DNA of 64,000 nucleotides from Rhodospirillales bacterium (lineage in GTDB: Bacteria > Pseudomonadota > Alphaproteobacteria > Bin95). The position numbers were made by a program, and so were the translations under genes. Positions 1 to 10,645 of the stretch are shown one piece after another. The DNA lies in the NCBI GenBank assembly GCA_038143065.1, contig JAYQLI010000035.1, positions 1,344,894-1,408,893 on the forward strand. The letters run 5' to 3'. The notes beneath the pieces were generated by a model. It had not been told where the DNA came from. It saw only the letters and a list, made by a program, of their open reading frames with translations, and searched no databases. The first letter of the stretch is position 1, and every line of letters begins with the position of its first letter.

Positions 1-188
1 GTTCCGCCCGAAGTTAGGCCCCAAACAATCAAACCAACTGCCGCCAGGCCAATACCAACACCTACTAACCATACCCACGGAGCATCCTTAGCAGCAATAC
101 GAACTGGGGATCCTGACCTGGTCTTGAAGTATAGATAGAGCAGCGAGGGAGCGAGCAAAGGAATAAGAATTGAAAGTACCTGTCGCAT
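1..188 (-). CDS. Small membrane protein (DUF6111-like), runs off the window edge
   Basis: Manual translation from ATG at 188: MRQVLSILIPLLAPSLLYLYF...APWVWLVGVGIGLAAVGLIVWG, two hydrophobic segments; ATG overlaps the Nudix gene stop (TGATG). Confidence 0.6.
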   Translation of the reverse strand, partial: MRQVLSILIPLLAPSLLYLYFKTRSGSPVRIAAKDAPWVWLVGVGIGLAAVGLIVWGLTSGG

Positions 189-832
189 CAATTCTCACCT
201 TGACCTTCGAGCATATCTACAAAGTTTATCAACATCCCCGCGGTAGCTCCCCAAATACGGCGGTTTTGATAAGGAATTACGTAGAACCATCTTTGAATGC
301 CTTCTCTTACTGCCGTTTCCTTAATATGATTTGTACGATCCAAAATAAAAGAGAGGGGTGCTTCGAAGACGTCCTCTACTTCAAACTTGTCTAAATCTAA
401 GTTGAATGGAGGTTCAATCCAGCCCACGACGGGCGTCACGCCATATGCTGTTGATGTCTCATACATTGACAGACGGCCAAGCAATTTAACGCGCTCTGGA
501 TCTAAGCCAATCTCCTCCTGTGTTTCACGGAGCGCTGTCGCCACGCGATGTGGGTCATTAGGCTCCACACCGCCACCAGGGAAGCTTATCTGACCTGCAT
601 GTTTTTTCAGATGTGCTGTACGCTGGGTCAGCAAAATTGTTGGACCTTCCGGTCGATTAATGATTGGCACAAGGACCGCAGCAGGTTTTAAAGACCTATC
701 TGTTGTTCCCCTGAGCCGGGTACCATCCGGCCGAAGGTCAAAGTCGCTCCGCAATGGCTCTTCAGCAAGGCCGCCCATCTGCAAAGCATCATCCAGTGGC
801 TTAATCCTAGACTGAATTATTTCAGGCGTCAT
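188..832 (-). CDS. nudL: CoA pyrophosphatase (Nudix, NudL/PCD1 family)
   Basis: LLTQRTAHLKKHAGQISFPGG motif, Nudix box ALRETQEEIGL, C-terminal IWGATA. Confidence 0.9.
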   Translation of the reverse strand: MTPEIIQSRIKPLDDALQMGGLAEEPLRSDFDLRPDGTRLRGTTDRSLKPAAVLVPIINRPEGPTILLTQRTAHLKKHAGQISFPGGGVEPNDPHRVATALRETQEEIGLDPERVKLLGRLSMYETSTAYGVTPVVGWIEPPFNLDLDKFEVEDVFEAPLSFILDRTNHIKETAVREGIQRWFYVIPYQNRRIWGATAGMLINFVDMLEGQGEN

Positions 833-1378
833 TCGTCTTCCTCGACCTGGCCAACTCTGTGAAAATGGCCATTACTCCAAACGCCCAATGCCCCAGCATC
901 AGAATCTTCGATGGATAAATCCACGAGCTCGTAAAAAACGGACCTTAGCAAACGCGCCTCCAGGCCGTCACGAACATGAATGTATGGCCGCGGCTCACCC
1001 GTTTCGGAATCAACAGAAATTCGAAGGGAGTGGGTTAAATCAAGAGACACCCAATCATCTATATTGGTTCGGAAAAGAACACTTTGGTTTTTTCCTTCCC
1101 CCTGAGTTTGCATTTCCACCGCAACAAACGGTGAGTCATCAACATCAATTCGACCTCGCTCGGCCGGAGTTTCTAGCCAGAATGTTCCGTCGATATTTCG
1201 CTTTAGAACTGTACTAAACAGCTTAACGAGCTCTATGCGAGTAAACCTCGTCCCTGCGTGATACCAAGTTCCGTCGGAATCAATTTTTTATTCCATAATG
1301 CCCCATTTCCACCGGCGTACGGACTTTCGAGGATTTTATTGAAGCCTCAAGTGCATCTAATTTTTTATCATCGCTCAT
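829..1378 (-). CDS. DUF1285 family protein, one frameshift in a T6 run at ~1285
   Basis: Joined translation gives GIKIDSDGTWYH...LVKLFSTVL...LETPAERGRIDVDDSPFVAV...FRTNIDD...PYIHVRDGLEARL; usual neighbour of the CoA pyrophosphatase. Confidence 0.8.
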
Positions 1379-1740
1379 ATTAATCACAGACTGCCATAAT
1401 GACTAAACGATCCCCAAGCCACAGGATGCTTAGGTGTTGAACTCATATCAGCCCAACATGACCTCTATATTCTTAATTATATGTACCTTTTCTCAAGAAA
1501 CGAACTGATCACTTTCCTGAAAATGAAAAGTGATTTCGGGCAATCAACAAGACTTGTTTAGAAAAATAAAAATAAGCTTACCCTACAATGCTATTTACTG
1601 AAATTTTATCTAATTTTTCTACATGGGTGGATCTATTCCAGTTCACGAAATCATATTCGTGTTAGACCTCCCAAAGATTTTCAGCATAATATTTTGTCAC
1701 TACACGATTTTATCTTTTCGCTGGTTAAGTTCCCAATCTC

Positions 1741-2619
1741 ATGAGCTTTTTAGATCATATTCGTAGTTGTAACTCTTATGACCTCAGGAGTTTCTTGCCA
1801 TTTTACATAGAAGGACAACGTGTCGGATATGTGAGACCAGAAGTATTAGAGGTTTTATTAAGGTCAACCGGTTTCATAAGAACTGCTGATGGCATTATCA
1901 TCGACACGAAATACAAGACATTCGAAGATCGCTCCTTTCTATTTGATGAGGCCGCTGAAGGACTTGTAAAAGCTGGTTTAGCGAATATGGCTGGAGATGA
2001 GCTTTACGCTCTAAAAAACTCCTGGGAGCAACCAACTTTGGCAGCATTTAACCGAGGAATAGCTGGGGCTCTAGGAGTGCGCTCTTATGGTGTACATGTT
2101 AACGGGTACAAAAAGCAGATTAACGGAGATTTGGCACTCTGGACGGGCGTAAGAGCAATTGAAAAAGCAGTTGCGCCGGGCAAACTCGACAACATGGTGG
2201 CAGGCGGACAACCCATAGGACTAAGTCTTATGGAAAATCTAATTAAAGAAGCATTTGAAGAAGCTAATGTGCACAAATCACTAGCACGCTCCGCCAAACC
2301 AGTTAGCTGCATCTCCTATATTATGGAGGATGTTAGCGGCCTGAAACCGGACGTAATGTTTTGCTACGACCTCGAATTACCAGACGACTTCGTTCCTTCG
2401 AACACGGACGGCGAAGTTTCTGAATTTATCTTATTGTCTGCAGATGAAGCGGTGAGAATAGTAGACGAAACTGACGATTACAAATTTAATGTTAATCTAG
2501 TGGTAACAGACTTTGCGGTTCGGCATGGACTTCTAGACCCTGACAACACGCCAGATTATGAGGCCATTGTTGTAGGATTGCGGGGAAGTTCAAATGAGAA
2601 ATCTTCAGTTCTTGTTTAA
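1741..2619 (+). CDS. DUF4743-domain Nudix hydrolase
   Basis: GVRSYGVHVNGY, PGKLDNMVAGG, LIKEAFEEAN, PSNTDGEV, KFNVNLV motifs. Confidence 0.85.
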   Translation: MSFLDHIRSCNSYDLRSFLPFYIEGQRVGYVRPEVLEVLLRSTGFIRTADGIIIDTKYKTFEDRSFLFDEAAEGLVKAGLANMAGDELYALKNSWEQPTLAAFNRGIAGALGVRSYGVHVNGYKKQINGDLALWTGVRAIEKAVAPGKLDNMVAGGQPIGLSLMENLIKEAFEEANVHKSLARSAKPVSCISYIMEDVSGLKPDVMFCYDLELPDDFVPSNTDGEVSEFILLSADEAVRIVDETDDYKFNVNLVVTDFAVRHGLLDPDNTPDYEAIVVGLRGSSNEKSSVLV

Positions 2620-2625
2620 GCTTCC

Positions 2626-3446
2626 TCAGATGTAAGGAGGCTTTGTATACCCCGCCGGTGAAAGGGTGAATATCTCACAGCCATTCTCTGTTACACCCAA
2701 AGAATGCTCGAACTGAGCCGACGGTGATCTATCGCGGGTTACCGCCGTCCATCCGTCTGCAAGGATTTTAGTGTCAGCGCGTCCTGCATTAACCATCGGC
2801 TCAATAGTAAAAAACATGCCTGGTTCTAAAACTGCGCCCTCTCCTGGCCTTCCATAATGCAGTACACTTGGTGGAGAATGAAAAACGAGGCCTAAACCGT
2901 GGCCACAAAAGTCGCGAACAACGGAAAATCTCTCTCCCTCAACGTATCTTTGGATAACGTTTCCTATATCTCCAAGAGTGGCTCCAGGTTTTACGGCAGC
3001 AATACCCCGCAGAAGCGCTTCATAAGTAACGTCTATTAACCGTTGAGCTTTCACACTTACATTGCCAACTGGATACATCCGACTTGCATCGCCATGCCAT
3101 CCATCCAAAATAACCGTGACGTCGATATTCAGAATATCACCTTCTGAAAGTCGCTTTGGGCCTGGAATTCCATGGCAAACAACATGATTTATGGATGTGC
3201 ATATTGATTTTGGGAATCCTCTATAATTAAGAGGTGCGGGTATGGCTCCTCTCGCGGTTATGAATTCATGTGCGAGATTATCCAACGCTTCTGTAGTCAC
3301 CCCGGTTGCACATGGTTAGTGATAAAATCCAAGGTTTCCGCGCATAAGCGGCCAGCGCGACGCATACCTTCAAAATCAGCGGCAGTGTGTAATGTAATTC
3401 GGTCCTTATTGACCCGTCGGGCAGTATTCGAATCAGATTTATTCAT
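2626..3446 (-). CDS. map: Type I methionine aminopeptidase, frameshift at ~3302
   Basis: CTSINHVVCHGIP, IDVT..DGWHGD, GHGLG..FH, FTIEPM, AQFEH; N-terminal part lies in another frame starting at ATG 3446. Confidence 0.95.
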
Positions 3447-3472
3447 GTCTCTAAGTCTTATCTCCAAGGAGG

Positions 3473-4177
3473 TTACAGAATCGACAAGGGCAAACTTTTG
3501 CGCAGCACAATGCCCTCCAATGAGATATCACAATCATAACAAAAAGTTTCAACTCCTCGAGCTCGAGCATCACGAAATGCCAAACCGTAAGCAGGATCAA
3601 TATCATCAGCCAAGGAAAAAACCTCACAATCCATGCGCTGTACAATGTAAAGCATAACCGCTCGACTTCCAGCTTCCGAAACTTTCGCTAGCTCACCAAG
3701 GTGTTTTACGCCTCGCACTGTCTTGCTATCTGGGAATTCGGCACGCCCGTTACGCTTTAAATGGACATTCTTAACTTCCACATAACAGTCCTGACGATTT
3801 GCACTGGTCAACAGAAGGTCTATTCGTGAATTTTCACCATACTTGACCTCACGTCGACAATTTTCATAGCCGCTAAGTTCGGGGATTAGGCCACCCTGAA
3901 TTGCCTCCTCTGCAATGCGGTTGGGTCTACCTGTATCGATACCTACCAAACCTGTCTTAAGCTCTGTTAATTCCCAAGCATAAGGAAGTTTAGATTTTGG
4001 GTTTTTTGCAGGACGAAGCCAAATTTTATCCCCTTCATTTGCTAAACCCAGCATTGCTCCTGGATTAGGACAATGCGCTGTAAGCTGTAAGCCGGATGCA
4101 TCCAGAGATACGTCTGCAAGAAAACGCTTATAACGTCGAATTAAGGTGGCTGCTTCAAGCGGTTTTTCAAATTGCAA
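3473..4177 (-). CDS. sfsA: DNA/RNA nuclease SfsA
   Basis: RRYKRFLADV, HCPNPGAM, SRIDLLL, YVEVKNV, FPD..T.RG.KHL. Confidence 0.95.
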   Translation of the reverse strand: MQFEKPLEAATLIRRYKRFLADVSLDASGLQLTAHCPNPGAMLGLANEGDKIWLRPAKNPKSKLPYAWELTELKTGLVGIDTGRPNRIAEEAIQGGLIPELSGYENCRREVKYGENSRIDLLLTSANRQDCYVEVKNVHLKRNGRAEFPDSKTVRGVKHLGELAKVSEAGSRAVMLYIVQRMDCEVFSLADDIDPAYGLAFRDARARGVETFCYDCDISLEGIVLRKSLPLSIL

Positions 4178-4265
4178 ATTAAAAATCCGGGTTAGAGTAA
4201 AGGGCTAGCGCTCTTAACATTCACGCACTAACCTTCCGAGAGATTGCATTAGGATTAACTCAAGC

Positions 4266-5036
4266 ATGACCGAACCTGCAACCACGGTAACCGCCGGCAT
4301 GGTCGTTATCGGCAACGAAATTCTATCTGGCAGGACGCAGGATCTAAATGTTGCGTTCGTTGGAACCGAGTTAAATGAACTTGGCATTCAACTTCTTGAG
4401 GTTCGAATTGTCCCCGACATCAAAGAAGAGATTGTAGCCGCAGTAAACTCGCTCAGAACTAAATTTGATTACGTCTTCACAACTGGTGGCATTGGTCCAA
4501 CCCATGATGATATTACCGCCGAATCAATAGCCGCAGCATTCGGAAAAGAGGCGGTTTACCACCCCACCTCATACGCCATCCTTGAAGCAACCATGAAACG
4601 CCGAAATATTGAATTTACAGAGGCAAGAAAACGTATGGCACTCGTTCCAGAAGGTGGCGAGGTGATCGAGAACGATCTTGGAGTTGCTCCGGGGTTTGTG
4701 ATGGAAAATGTTTATGTGATGGCAGGCGTACCTCAGGTTGCTAAATCCATGTTTAAAGCAGCCGCCCCTCACCTTCGGCGAGGACAAACCAAGCGGACTC
4801 GTTCTATTGCAACACCCCTCCCAGAAGGGACGATCGCTGCCCGCCTAGAAGCCATTCAAAAAAATTACCCCGATGCGGATATAGGAAGCTATCCCTTTTA
4901 CAACACCCCTGGTGGGCACGGAACCACATTGGTTGTTCGTAGCTTTCATGAAGAAGATCTGGTCGGCGCAGGTGATGGGATTCTAAAAATGATAGCTGAC
5001 CTTAATGGCGAGGCACTATCAGATGAGAGAAGCTAA
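4266..5036 (+). CDS. Competence/damage-inducible CinA-like (molybdopterin-binding domain) protein
   Basis: IGNEILSGRTQDLN, FTTGGIGPTHDDIT, IGSYP. Confidence 0.9.
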   Translation: MTEPATTVTAGMVVIGNEILSGRTQDLNVAFVGTELNELGIQLLEVRIVPDIKEEIVAAVNSLRTKFDYVFTTGGIGPTHDDITAESIAAAFGKEAVYHPTSYAILEATMKRRNIEFTEARKRMALVPEGGEVIENDLGVAPGFVMENVYVMAGVPQVAKSMFKAAAPHLRRGQTKRTRSIATPLPEGTIAARLEAIQKNYPDADIGSYPFYNTPGGHGTTLVVRSFHEEDLVGAGDGILKMIADLNGEALSDERS

Positions 5037-5053
5037 GTAACCGAGGAAGACAT

Positions 5054-5995
5054 ATGCCAGTTCATCCACAGATAGCAAAAGCCTTAGAAGCACTAGCTAA
5101 AGCTAATCTTCCTGCAATTGAGGACCTTTCTGCAGAAGCCGCTCGATCGCAGATGGACCAAATGTCCAAAGCACGCGGAGGTGAGCCAACTCCCTTACCT
5201 AAAATAGAGGACAGAACAATTCCTGGCCCCGCCGGCAATATTCCTATACGGATCTACTGGCCAGAGGGTGACCAGCCTCAACCAATAGTGATTTATTTTC
5301 ATGGCGGCGGTCACGTTATTGGCAGCCTTGATACCCATGATAAAGTTGCAAGAAATTTAGCATTTCAATCGGGTGCAATTTTTATTTCAGTTGATTACAG
5401 AATGGGACCAGAGCACAAGTTTCCAGCTGCGGTCGAAGACAGTTGGGCAGCCTTAATGTGGGCTTATAAGCATGCAGCAGAAATTGGTGGTGACCCTAAA
5501 AAGATAGCTGTTTCTGGAGATAGTGCTGGCGGCAATTTAGCTGGAGTAATGGCTCTCATGGCCCGCGATGCTGGCGAGCCAAAATTAAGTTTACAGTCGC
5601 TGGTTTATCCAGTTGGAGACTACACACTTTCGTCCGAAAGTTACCAAACCTATGGAAAAGGTTTTGGGATTTTAACAGATGACGCAATGAAATGGTTTCA
5701 GAAACACTATCTAAATTCATCAGAAGATGCTGAGGATTGGCGAGCCTCTCCATTAAAAGCAAAAAGTTTTGCTGGCACAGCACCAGCAATAATCATCGCT
5801 GCAGAATGCGATGTTCTCGTTGACGATGGAAAGGCATACGCCGATCGCCTCAAGGCTGATGGCGTGAAAGTCGATTACAGACTCTACGAAGGCATGATTC
5901 ATGCATTTTTTGGAATGGCTCCAGACATAGATGGCGCTGTTCAAGCACAAATTGATGTTTCGGAGGCTCTCAAAGAAGCATTCCGGGGAGACTGA
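5054..5995 (+). CDS. HSL-family (family IV) esterase/lipase
   Basis: HGGG oxyanion motif, GDSAGG nucleophile, ECD and GMIHAF catalytic Asp/His. Confidence 0.92.
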   Translation: MPVHPQIAKALEALAKANLPAIEDLSAEAARSQMDQMSKARGGEPTPLPKIEDRTIPGPAGNIPIRIYWPEGDQPQPIVIYFHGGGHVIGSLDTHDKVARNLAFQSGAIFISVDYRMGPEHKFPAAVEDSWAALMWAYKHAAEIGGDPKKIAVSGDSAGGNLAGVMALMARDAGEPKLSLQSLVYPVGDYTLSSESYQTYGKGFGILTDDAMKWFQKHYLNSSEDAEDWRASPLKAKSFAGTAPAIIIAAECDVLVDDGKAYADRLKADGVKVDYRLYEGMIHAFFGMAPDIDGAVQAQIDVSEALKEAFRGD

Positions 5996-5996
5996 T

Positions 5997-7151
5997 ATGG
6001 GAAATACTCTCAATGGTAAGACAGCGGTATCTGGCATAGGCGAGACAGTCTACTCCCGCGGAACCGACAAAAGCTCGATAGGTCTAATGCTAGAGGCGTC
6101 TCTGAAAGCAATAGCAGACGCAGGCCTTCAACCAAGAGACGTTGATGGCGTGATACCATATGCTTTAGGCCCGGTAGCTGAAGAAATAATGACCGGACTT
6201 GGTCTGGATGATGTCAAATTTTCAGCTCAAACCCCGATGGGTGGGGCGAGTGCCGTCGCAGCATTACAGGCAGCCACTATGGCTATTTCAGCAGGCGTTT
6301 GTCGTCATGTATTGCTTGTTTTAGGGAGGCGCGGCTATTCAGACAGCCGGGTAGCAACGCGACTGGCAGCAATGCCGCAATTCAGACTTGTGGGCGAATT
6401 TGAAAACCCAGTTGGAGCTATAGCCCCGGCGCAACTTTACGCTCCAATGGCTCGCCGTCATATGGAAATGTTTGGAACAACAACAGATCAATTTGCGGAA
6501 ATTGCTTTAGCAATGCGAGAGCATGCAATGCTCAATGACAATGCGATTATGCAAAAGCCCCTTACGCTAGATGATTATTATACTGCTCGTATGATCTCCG
6601 ATCCATTCCGCTTGTTTGATTGTAGTTTGGAGAGTGACGGCGCATGTGCGGTTATTGTAAGTGATGCCAATATTGCCAAAGATACCCGTGCTCCAGTAAC
6701 AATTCTTGGTGTCGCAGAAGGGCACCCAACCTCTCCCTCAACCATCACTCAACGCAAAGATATGACCACACTGGGTCTCGCAAGTGCCGCTCCGAGGGCA
6801 TTTGAAATGGCGGGCGTAAAACATCAAGATATCGACGTGGCGCAGATTTACGATTGCTTTACTTACACGGTAATTTGTGAACTTGAAGATTTAGGTTTTT
6901 GTAAGAAGGGCGAGGGCGGTCAATTCGTGGAAGGTGGACGTATTCGCCTTGGGGGCGAACTACCAGTAAACACCCATGGAGGTCTTTTATCACAAGCACA
7001 TATTGCTGGAATGAACCATGTTTATGAGTTGGTTCGTCAATTAAGGGGAGAAGGTGGCCGAGCCCAGGTGAAGGATGCCAAAATAGGATTGGTCACTGGA
7101 TATGGTGACCTTGGTGATGGATCGATTGCAATTATGCAAGGGGTTGCTTGA
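5997..7151 (+). CDS. Thiolase-superfamily protein (SCP-x/Ltp2-like)
   Basis: SGIGET, PFRLFDCSLESDG, AQIYDCFT, PVNTHGGLLS; ATG 1 bp after the esterase stop. Confidence 0.88.
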   Translation: MGNTLNGKTAVSGIGETVYSRGTDKSSIGLMLEASLKAIADAGLQPRDVDGVIPYALGPVAEEIMTGLGLDDVKFSAQTPMGGASAVAALQAATMAISAGVCRHVLLVLGRRGYSDSRVATRLAAMPQFRLVGEFENPVGAIAPAQLYAPMARRHMEMFGTTTDQFAEIALAMREHAMLNDNAIMQKPLTLDDYYTARMISDPFRLFDCSLESDGACAVIVSDANIAKDTRAPVTILGVAEGHPTSPSTITQRKDMTTLGLASAAPRAFEMAGVKHQDIDVAQIYDCFTYTVICELEDLGFCKKGEGGQFVEGGRIRLGGELPVNTHGGLLSQAHIAGMNHVYELVRQLRGEGGRAQVKDAKIGLVTGYGDLGDGSIAIMQGVA

Positions 7152-7561
7152 TGTCAGAAAATTATACAAAGCCAATCCCAGAACCCAGCATCGACTCTCA
7201 ACCTTTTTGGGATGCTCTAAACGAAGGCCACTTAGTATTTCAAGCCTGCGGTGATTGCGGAAAACTTCGACATTACCCAAGGCCGATATGCGACGAATGC
7301 TATTCCGATCATGTGGAATGGAAGACATCTAACGGTAAAGGCGTAATCTACAGTTGGACAGAAACCCACCATCCGTTTCACATTGGGTTTAGGGGTGAAA
7401 CACCATACATCCTAGTCACAGCCGAATTTGATGGCGGAGTGAGAATGCAAACTCAATTACTTGGTGCCAAGGTCGAAGATCTGAAGATTGGAATGCATGT
7501 TGAAGTCGTGCTGACTAAAGCTACCGAAGAGCTGACCCTGCCACTGCTCCGACTAGCATGA
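7151..7561 (+). CDS. Zn-ribbon/OB-fold protein (DUF35, ChsH2 C-terminal-like)
   Basis: PFWDA, CGDC...HYPRPIC..C, GVIYSWT; start overlaps the thiolase stop. Confidence 0.92.
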   Translation: MSENYTKPIPEPSIDSQPFWDALNEGHLVFQACGDCGKLRHYPRPICDECYSDHVEWKTSNGKGVIYSWTETHHPFHIGFRGETPYILVTAEFDGGVRMQTQLLGAKVEDLKIGMHVEVVLTKATEELTLPLLRLA

Positions 7562-7600
7562 CGCAGTGGCGCTTGGAGCAGCAAATTACTCAACCGATCG

Positions 7601-8173
7601 CTAGCCAAAAATGCGGCCTGCCCGCTTCAAGTTTTTGTCCAACACACTCATAGTCACTGATAAATCTTCGCTTTCATCTCGAATGAATTCTTTGACTGTA
7701 ACTATGTAAACAGCAAGCAATGCTTTCGCACGCAAAACCCCAATCGGACCATCGGCCGGGATCCCCGACACGCGCAACATCCACTTGGCTGAGGATAACA
7801 TTTTGATCCCAGTCAGGATCGTTGTATCAATTTCAGTAGCCATGCCCATTGTCATCGACCTCAGAGCAGGCCTATGAGGTTTCATCGCCTCTAATCGACG
7901 CATAACAGCATCAAACAAACGATCTCGTCGAGATTCTTCAGCCAGCGAAGGATCGTCTCCACTAAGTACGGCCCTGTCAAAACGCTCTATAATCTATGAC
8001 ACTAACTCAGCACGGCAAGGAGCCACGGAATAGGCTTCTAAAAGAGATAAGTCTGCGGCTTTTGCAATCTCTTCCATATTAACGCGGGGCCAAGGCTTAC
8101 TGGCCGCGAGCTCAAGCGCCGCATCAACCAACTTGTCTTCTGGCGATTTTTTAATTGTAGTTTTGCGCGCCAT
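7601..8173 (-). CDS. TetR-like regulator with an in-frame TAG at codon 60
   Basis: MARK...LVDAALELAASKPWPRVNMEEIAKAADLS HTH, then RDRLFDAVMRRLEAMKPHR in the same frame after TAG at 7994-7996. Confidence 0.75.
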
Positions 8174-8254
8174 CTAAACCTCCTCAAACTTCTACACAGA
8201 AGATTTTTGCATTACTTAGAAGATATAGTCTTTCCTAATAGAGAAGCCACTATC

Positions 8255-8647
8255 GTGAAAACTAATTCGCCTATTTTCAATATTTTGAATATCGACCATG
8301 TCGTAGTCCTGTCGCATAACGTGAAGAAATCACTGCAATTTTATTGTGATGTGCTAGGGATGGCAGAAGTTAGAAGAGTAGAGACTGTTGGCTTAATCCA
8401 ACTGCGCGCTGGTGTCTCTATGATCGACATTTTACCTGCACAACCTAATGATAATGGGCGGAACATTGATCACTTTGCCCTTCGGATAGATCCCTGGGAA
8501 CCAGAGAAAATAATAAGCCACCTGAAATCTGCAGGGTATACTCCTGGTCCTCCGGCTCTTCGCGTAGGGGCAGAGGGAAATGGATGGTCAATCTACGTCC
8601 AAGACCCGGATGGAATTACCGTCGAACTCAAAGGACCGCCTATTTAG
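8255..8647 (+). CDS. VOC/glyoxalase family protein
   Basis: IDHVV, FYCDVLG, IDHFAL, GAEG.G.SIYVQDPDGITVELK. Confidence 0.88.
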   Translation: MKTNSPIFNILNIDHVVVLSHNVKKSLQFYCDVLGMAEVRRVETVGLIQLRAGVSMIDILPAQPNDNGRNIDHFALRIDPWEPEKIISHLKSAGYTPGPPALRVGAEGNGWSIYVQDPDGITVELKGPPI

Positions 8648-8714
8648 AAGCCAGCCGTTGACCAGGATCAACACCAGCGGCAAAGTTTCTGAAAACTTAA
8701 AGGAAAAAGTTCTT

Positions 8715-9113
8715 ATGCCTAAGCTAAGACATATTGCGATCACCGCCCCCAATTTAGAGGAGACAGCAGTCTTCTACGAAAAGACGTTCCATATGACCCG
8801 TGCAATGGAATCAGATATTGCAATACTTTTGACCGATGGCGTGATGAGCCTCGCAATATTGAAGTTTAAAACTGATCAACAGGCAGGCGATGAACGGGGC
8901 AAAGACTTCCATGGCCTTCATCACATTGGTTTTGTCGATGATGATCTTGAAGGGATGACAAAGACAATCGAAACTAACGGTGGCAGTTACCACATGCGGC
9001 TACCAGACTCTCCTGAAGGAGCAACCGAGGTTAAATTCCGCGATCCAAATGGCGTTGTTTTCGACATAGTCGATACTGGCTATGCAAGTAGAGCATGGGG
9101 TTTAAAGACGTAA
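8715..9113 (+). CDS. VOC/glyoxalase family protein
   Basis: KLRHIAI, GLHHIGF, EVKFRDPNGVVFDI. Confidence 0.88.
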   Translation: MPKLRHIAITAPNLEETAVFYEKTFHMTRAMESDIAILLTDGVMSLAILKFKTDQQAGDERGKDFHGLHHIGFVDDDLEGMTKTIETNGGSYHMRLPDSPEGATEVKFRDPNGVVFDIVDTGYASRAWGLKT

Positions 9114-9167
9114 AAAAATCACCCACATAAACAACATCTCAATAATGTTTTAGGCAAATACAGTTCT

Positions 9168-10641
9168 ATGAATGACACGCCAATTACTGGCCTAAGGTTT
9201 GGGTTTGATAACTCCTATGCTGCTAGCCTGGACGGTTTCTATACTCCCTGGCAAGCCGACAGGGCTCCAAACCCAACACTCATTCATTTCAATAAAAAGT
9301 TGGCATTAGACCTTGGTCTTGATCCAAATATATTAGCAGCGGAACGTGGGGCTGCAATATTTTCTGGCAATTTAATACCAACCGATGCCTCGCCAATAGC
9401 GCAGGTGTATGCCGGTCACCAATTTGGCGCTTTTTCTCCGCAACTAGGTGATGGCCGAGCTTTGCTGTTAGGCGAGCTGGTGGATAGTGAAGGAACACGA
9501 CGAGACATTCAGCTGAAAGGCTCTGGAAGAACCCCTTACTCTCGTGGAGGGGATGGCAAAGGCAGCCATGGGGCCAGTTTTACGAGAGTATCTTATTGCT
9601 GAAGCAATGCATTCACTCGGAGTACCTACGACCCGAGCATTAGCCGCAGTCACTACAGGGGAGTTGATATATCGGGAAAAACCTCTTCCTGGTGCAATAC
9701 TCACCCGTGTCGCAAAAAGTCACATTCGAGTTGGTACATTTCAATTTTTTGCAGCAAGGGGTGAACATGAACGTGTTCGCCAACTAGCAGACTATGTAAT
9801 TCAGCGCCATTATCCAGATATAACTACAAAACCTGAGCCATACCTGGAACTTTTTCGTGCCATCGCCAATCGCCAAGCAAAACTAATAGCTAAGTGGATG
9901 GGCATAGGTTTTATTCATGGAGTTATGAATACCGATAATATGGCGATATCCGGAGAAACTATTGATTACGGCCCCTGCGCCTTTATGGATACTTTTGCCC
10001 CCAACACGTTCTTCAGCTCAATTGATTCTCAAGGTCGTTATGCTTACGGAGCGCAACCATCGATTGCACAGTGGAATCTGACTCGATTTGCTGAGACCTT
10101 GATTTCAATCATTGATAGCGATCAAGACAAGGCTATTGGAAAATTGACGGAAGAAGTCAAAAATTTTCGAACAACTTATTTGGATTATTGGTTGCAGGAA
10201 ATGCGTGGCAAGCTTGGACTTCAAACAGAACAGTCCGGCGACTTGGATCTTATAACAGATCTATTTCAACTTATGGCTGATCAAAAGGCCGACTTTACTT
10301 TGACGTTTAGAAGTTTGGCGAACCTTGCTACAGACAATACCGGAGATGAAAATACAGTTTTAACCCCGTGGCTGCCACGCTGGCTGCAGCGCTTATCAGT
10401 GGAAGGAAGAAATCCTTCAGAAATCACACAACATCTTCTTGGGATTAATCCAGCTTACATTCCAAGAAACCACAAGGTCGAAGAGGCGCTAGAGAAAGCG
10501 ACTAACGAAAACGACCTAGTCCCATTCTTTAATCTTCTTGATGTTGTTACCGAACCTTACAATGAGAAACCCGACCTCAAAGCGTACTTGGAACCCGCCC
10601 CACCGGAATCAGCTCCCTACAGAACCTTTTGCGGCACTTAA
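9168..10641 (+). CDS. selO: Protein adenylyltransferase SelO/YdiU, frameshift at ~9560
   Basis: YAGHQFG, LGDGRA, QLKGSGRTPYSRGGDG, HGVMNTDNM, IDYGP, C-terminal YRTFCGT. Confidence 0.93.
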
Positions 10642-10645
10642 ATAA

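Noticed and set aside
10620-10645. Selenocysteine in SelO
   Set aside because: The protein ends YRTFCGT with a Cys codon and a TAA stop; no in-frame TGA
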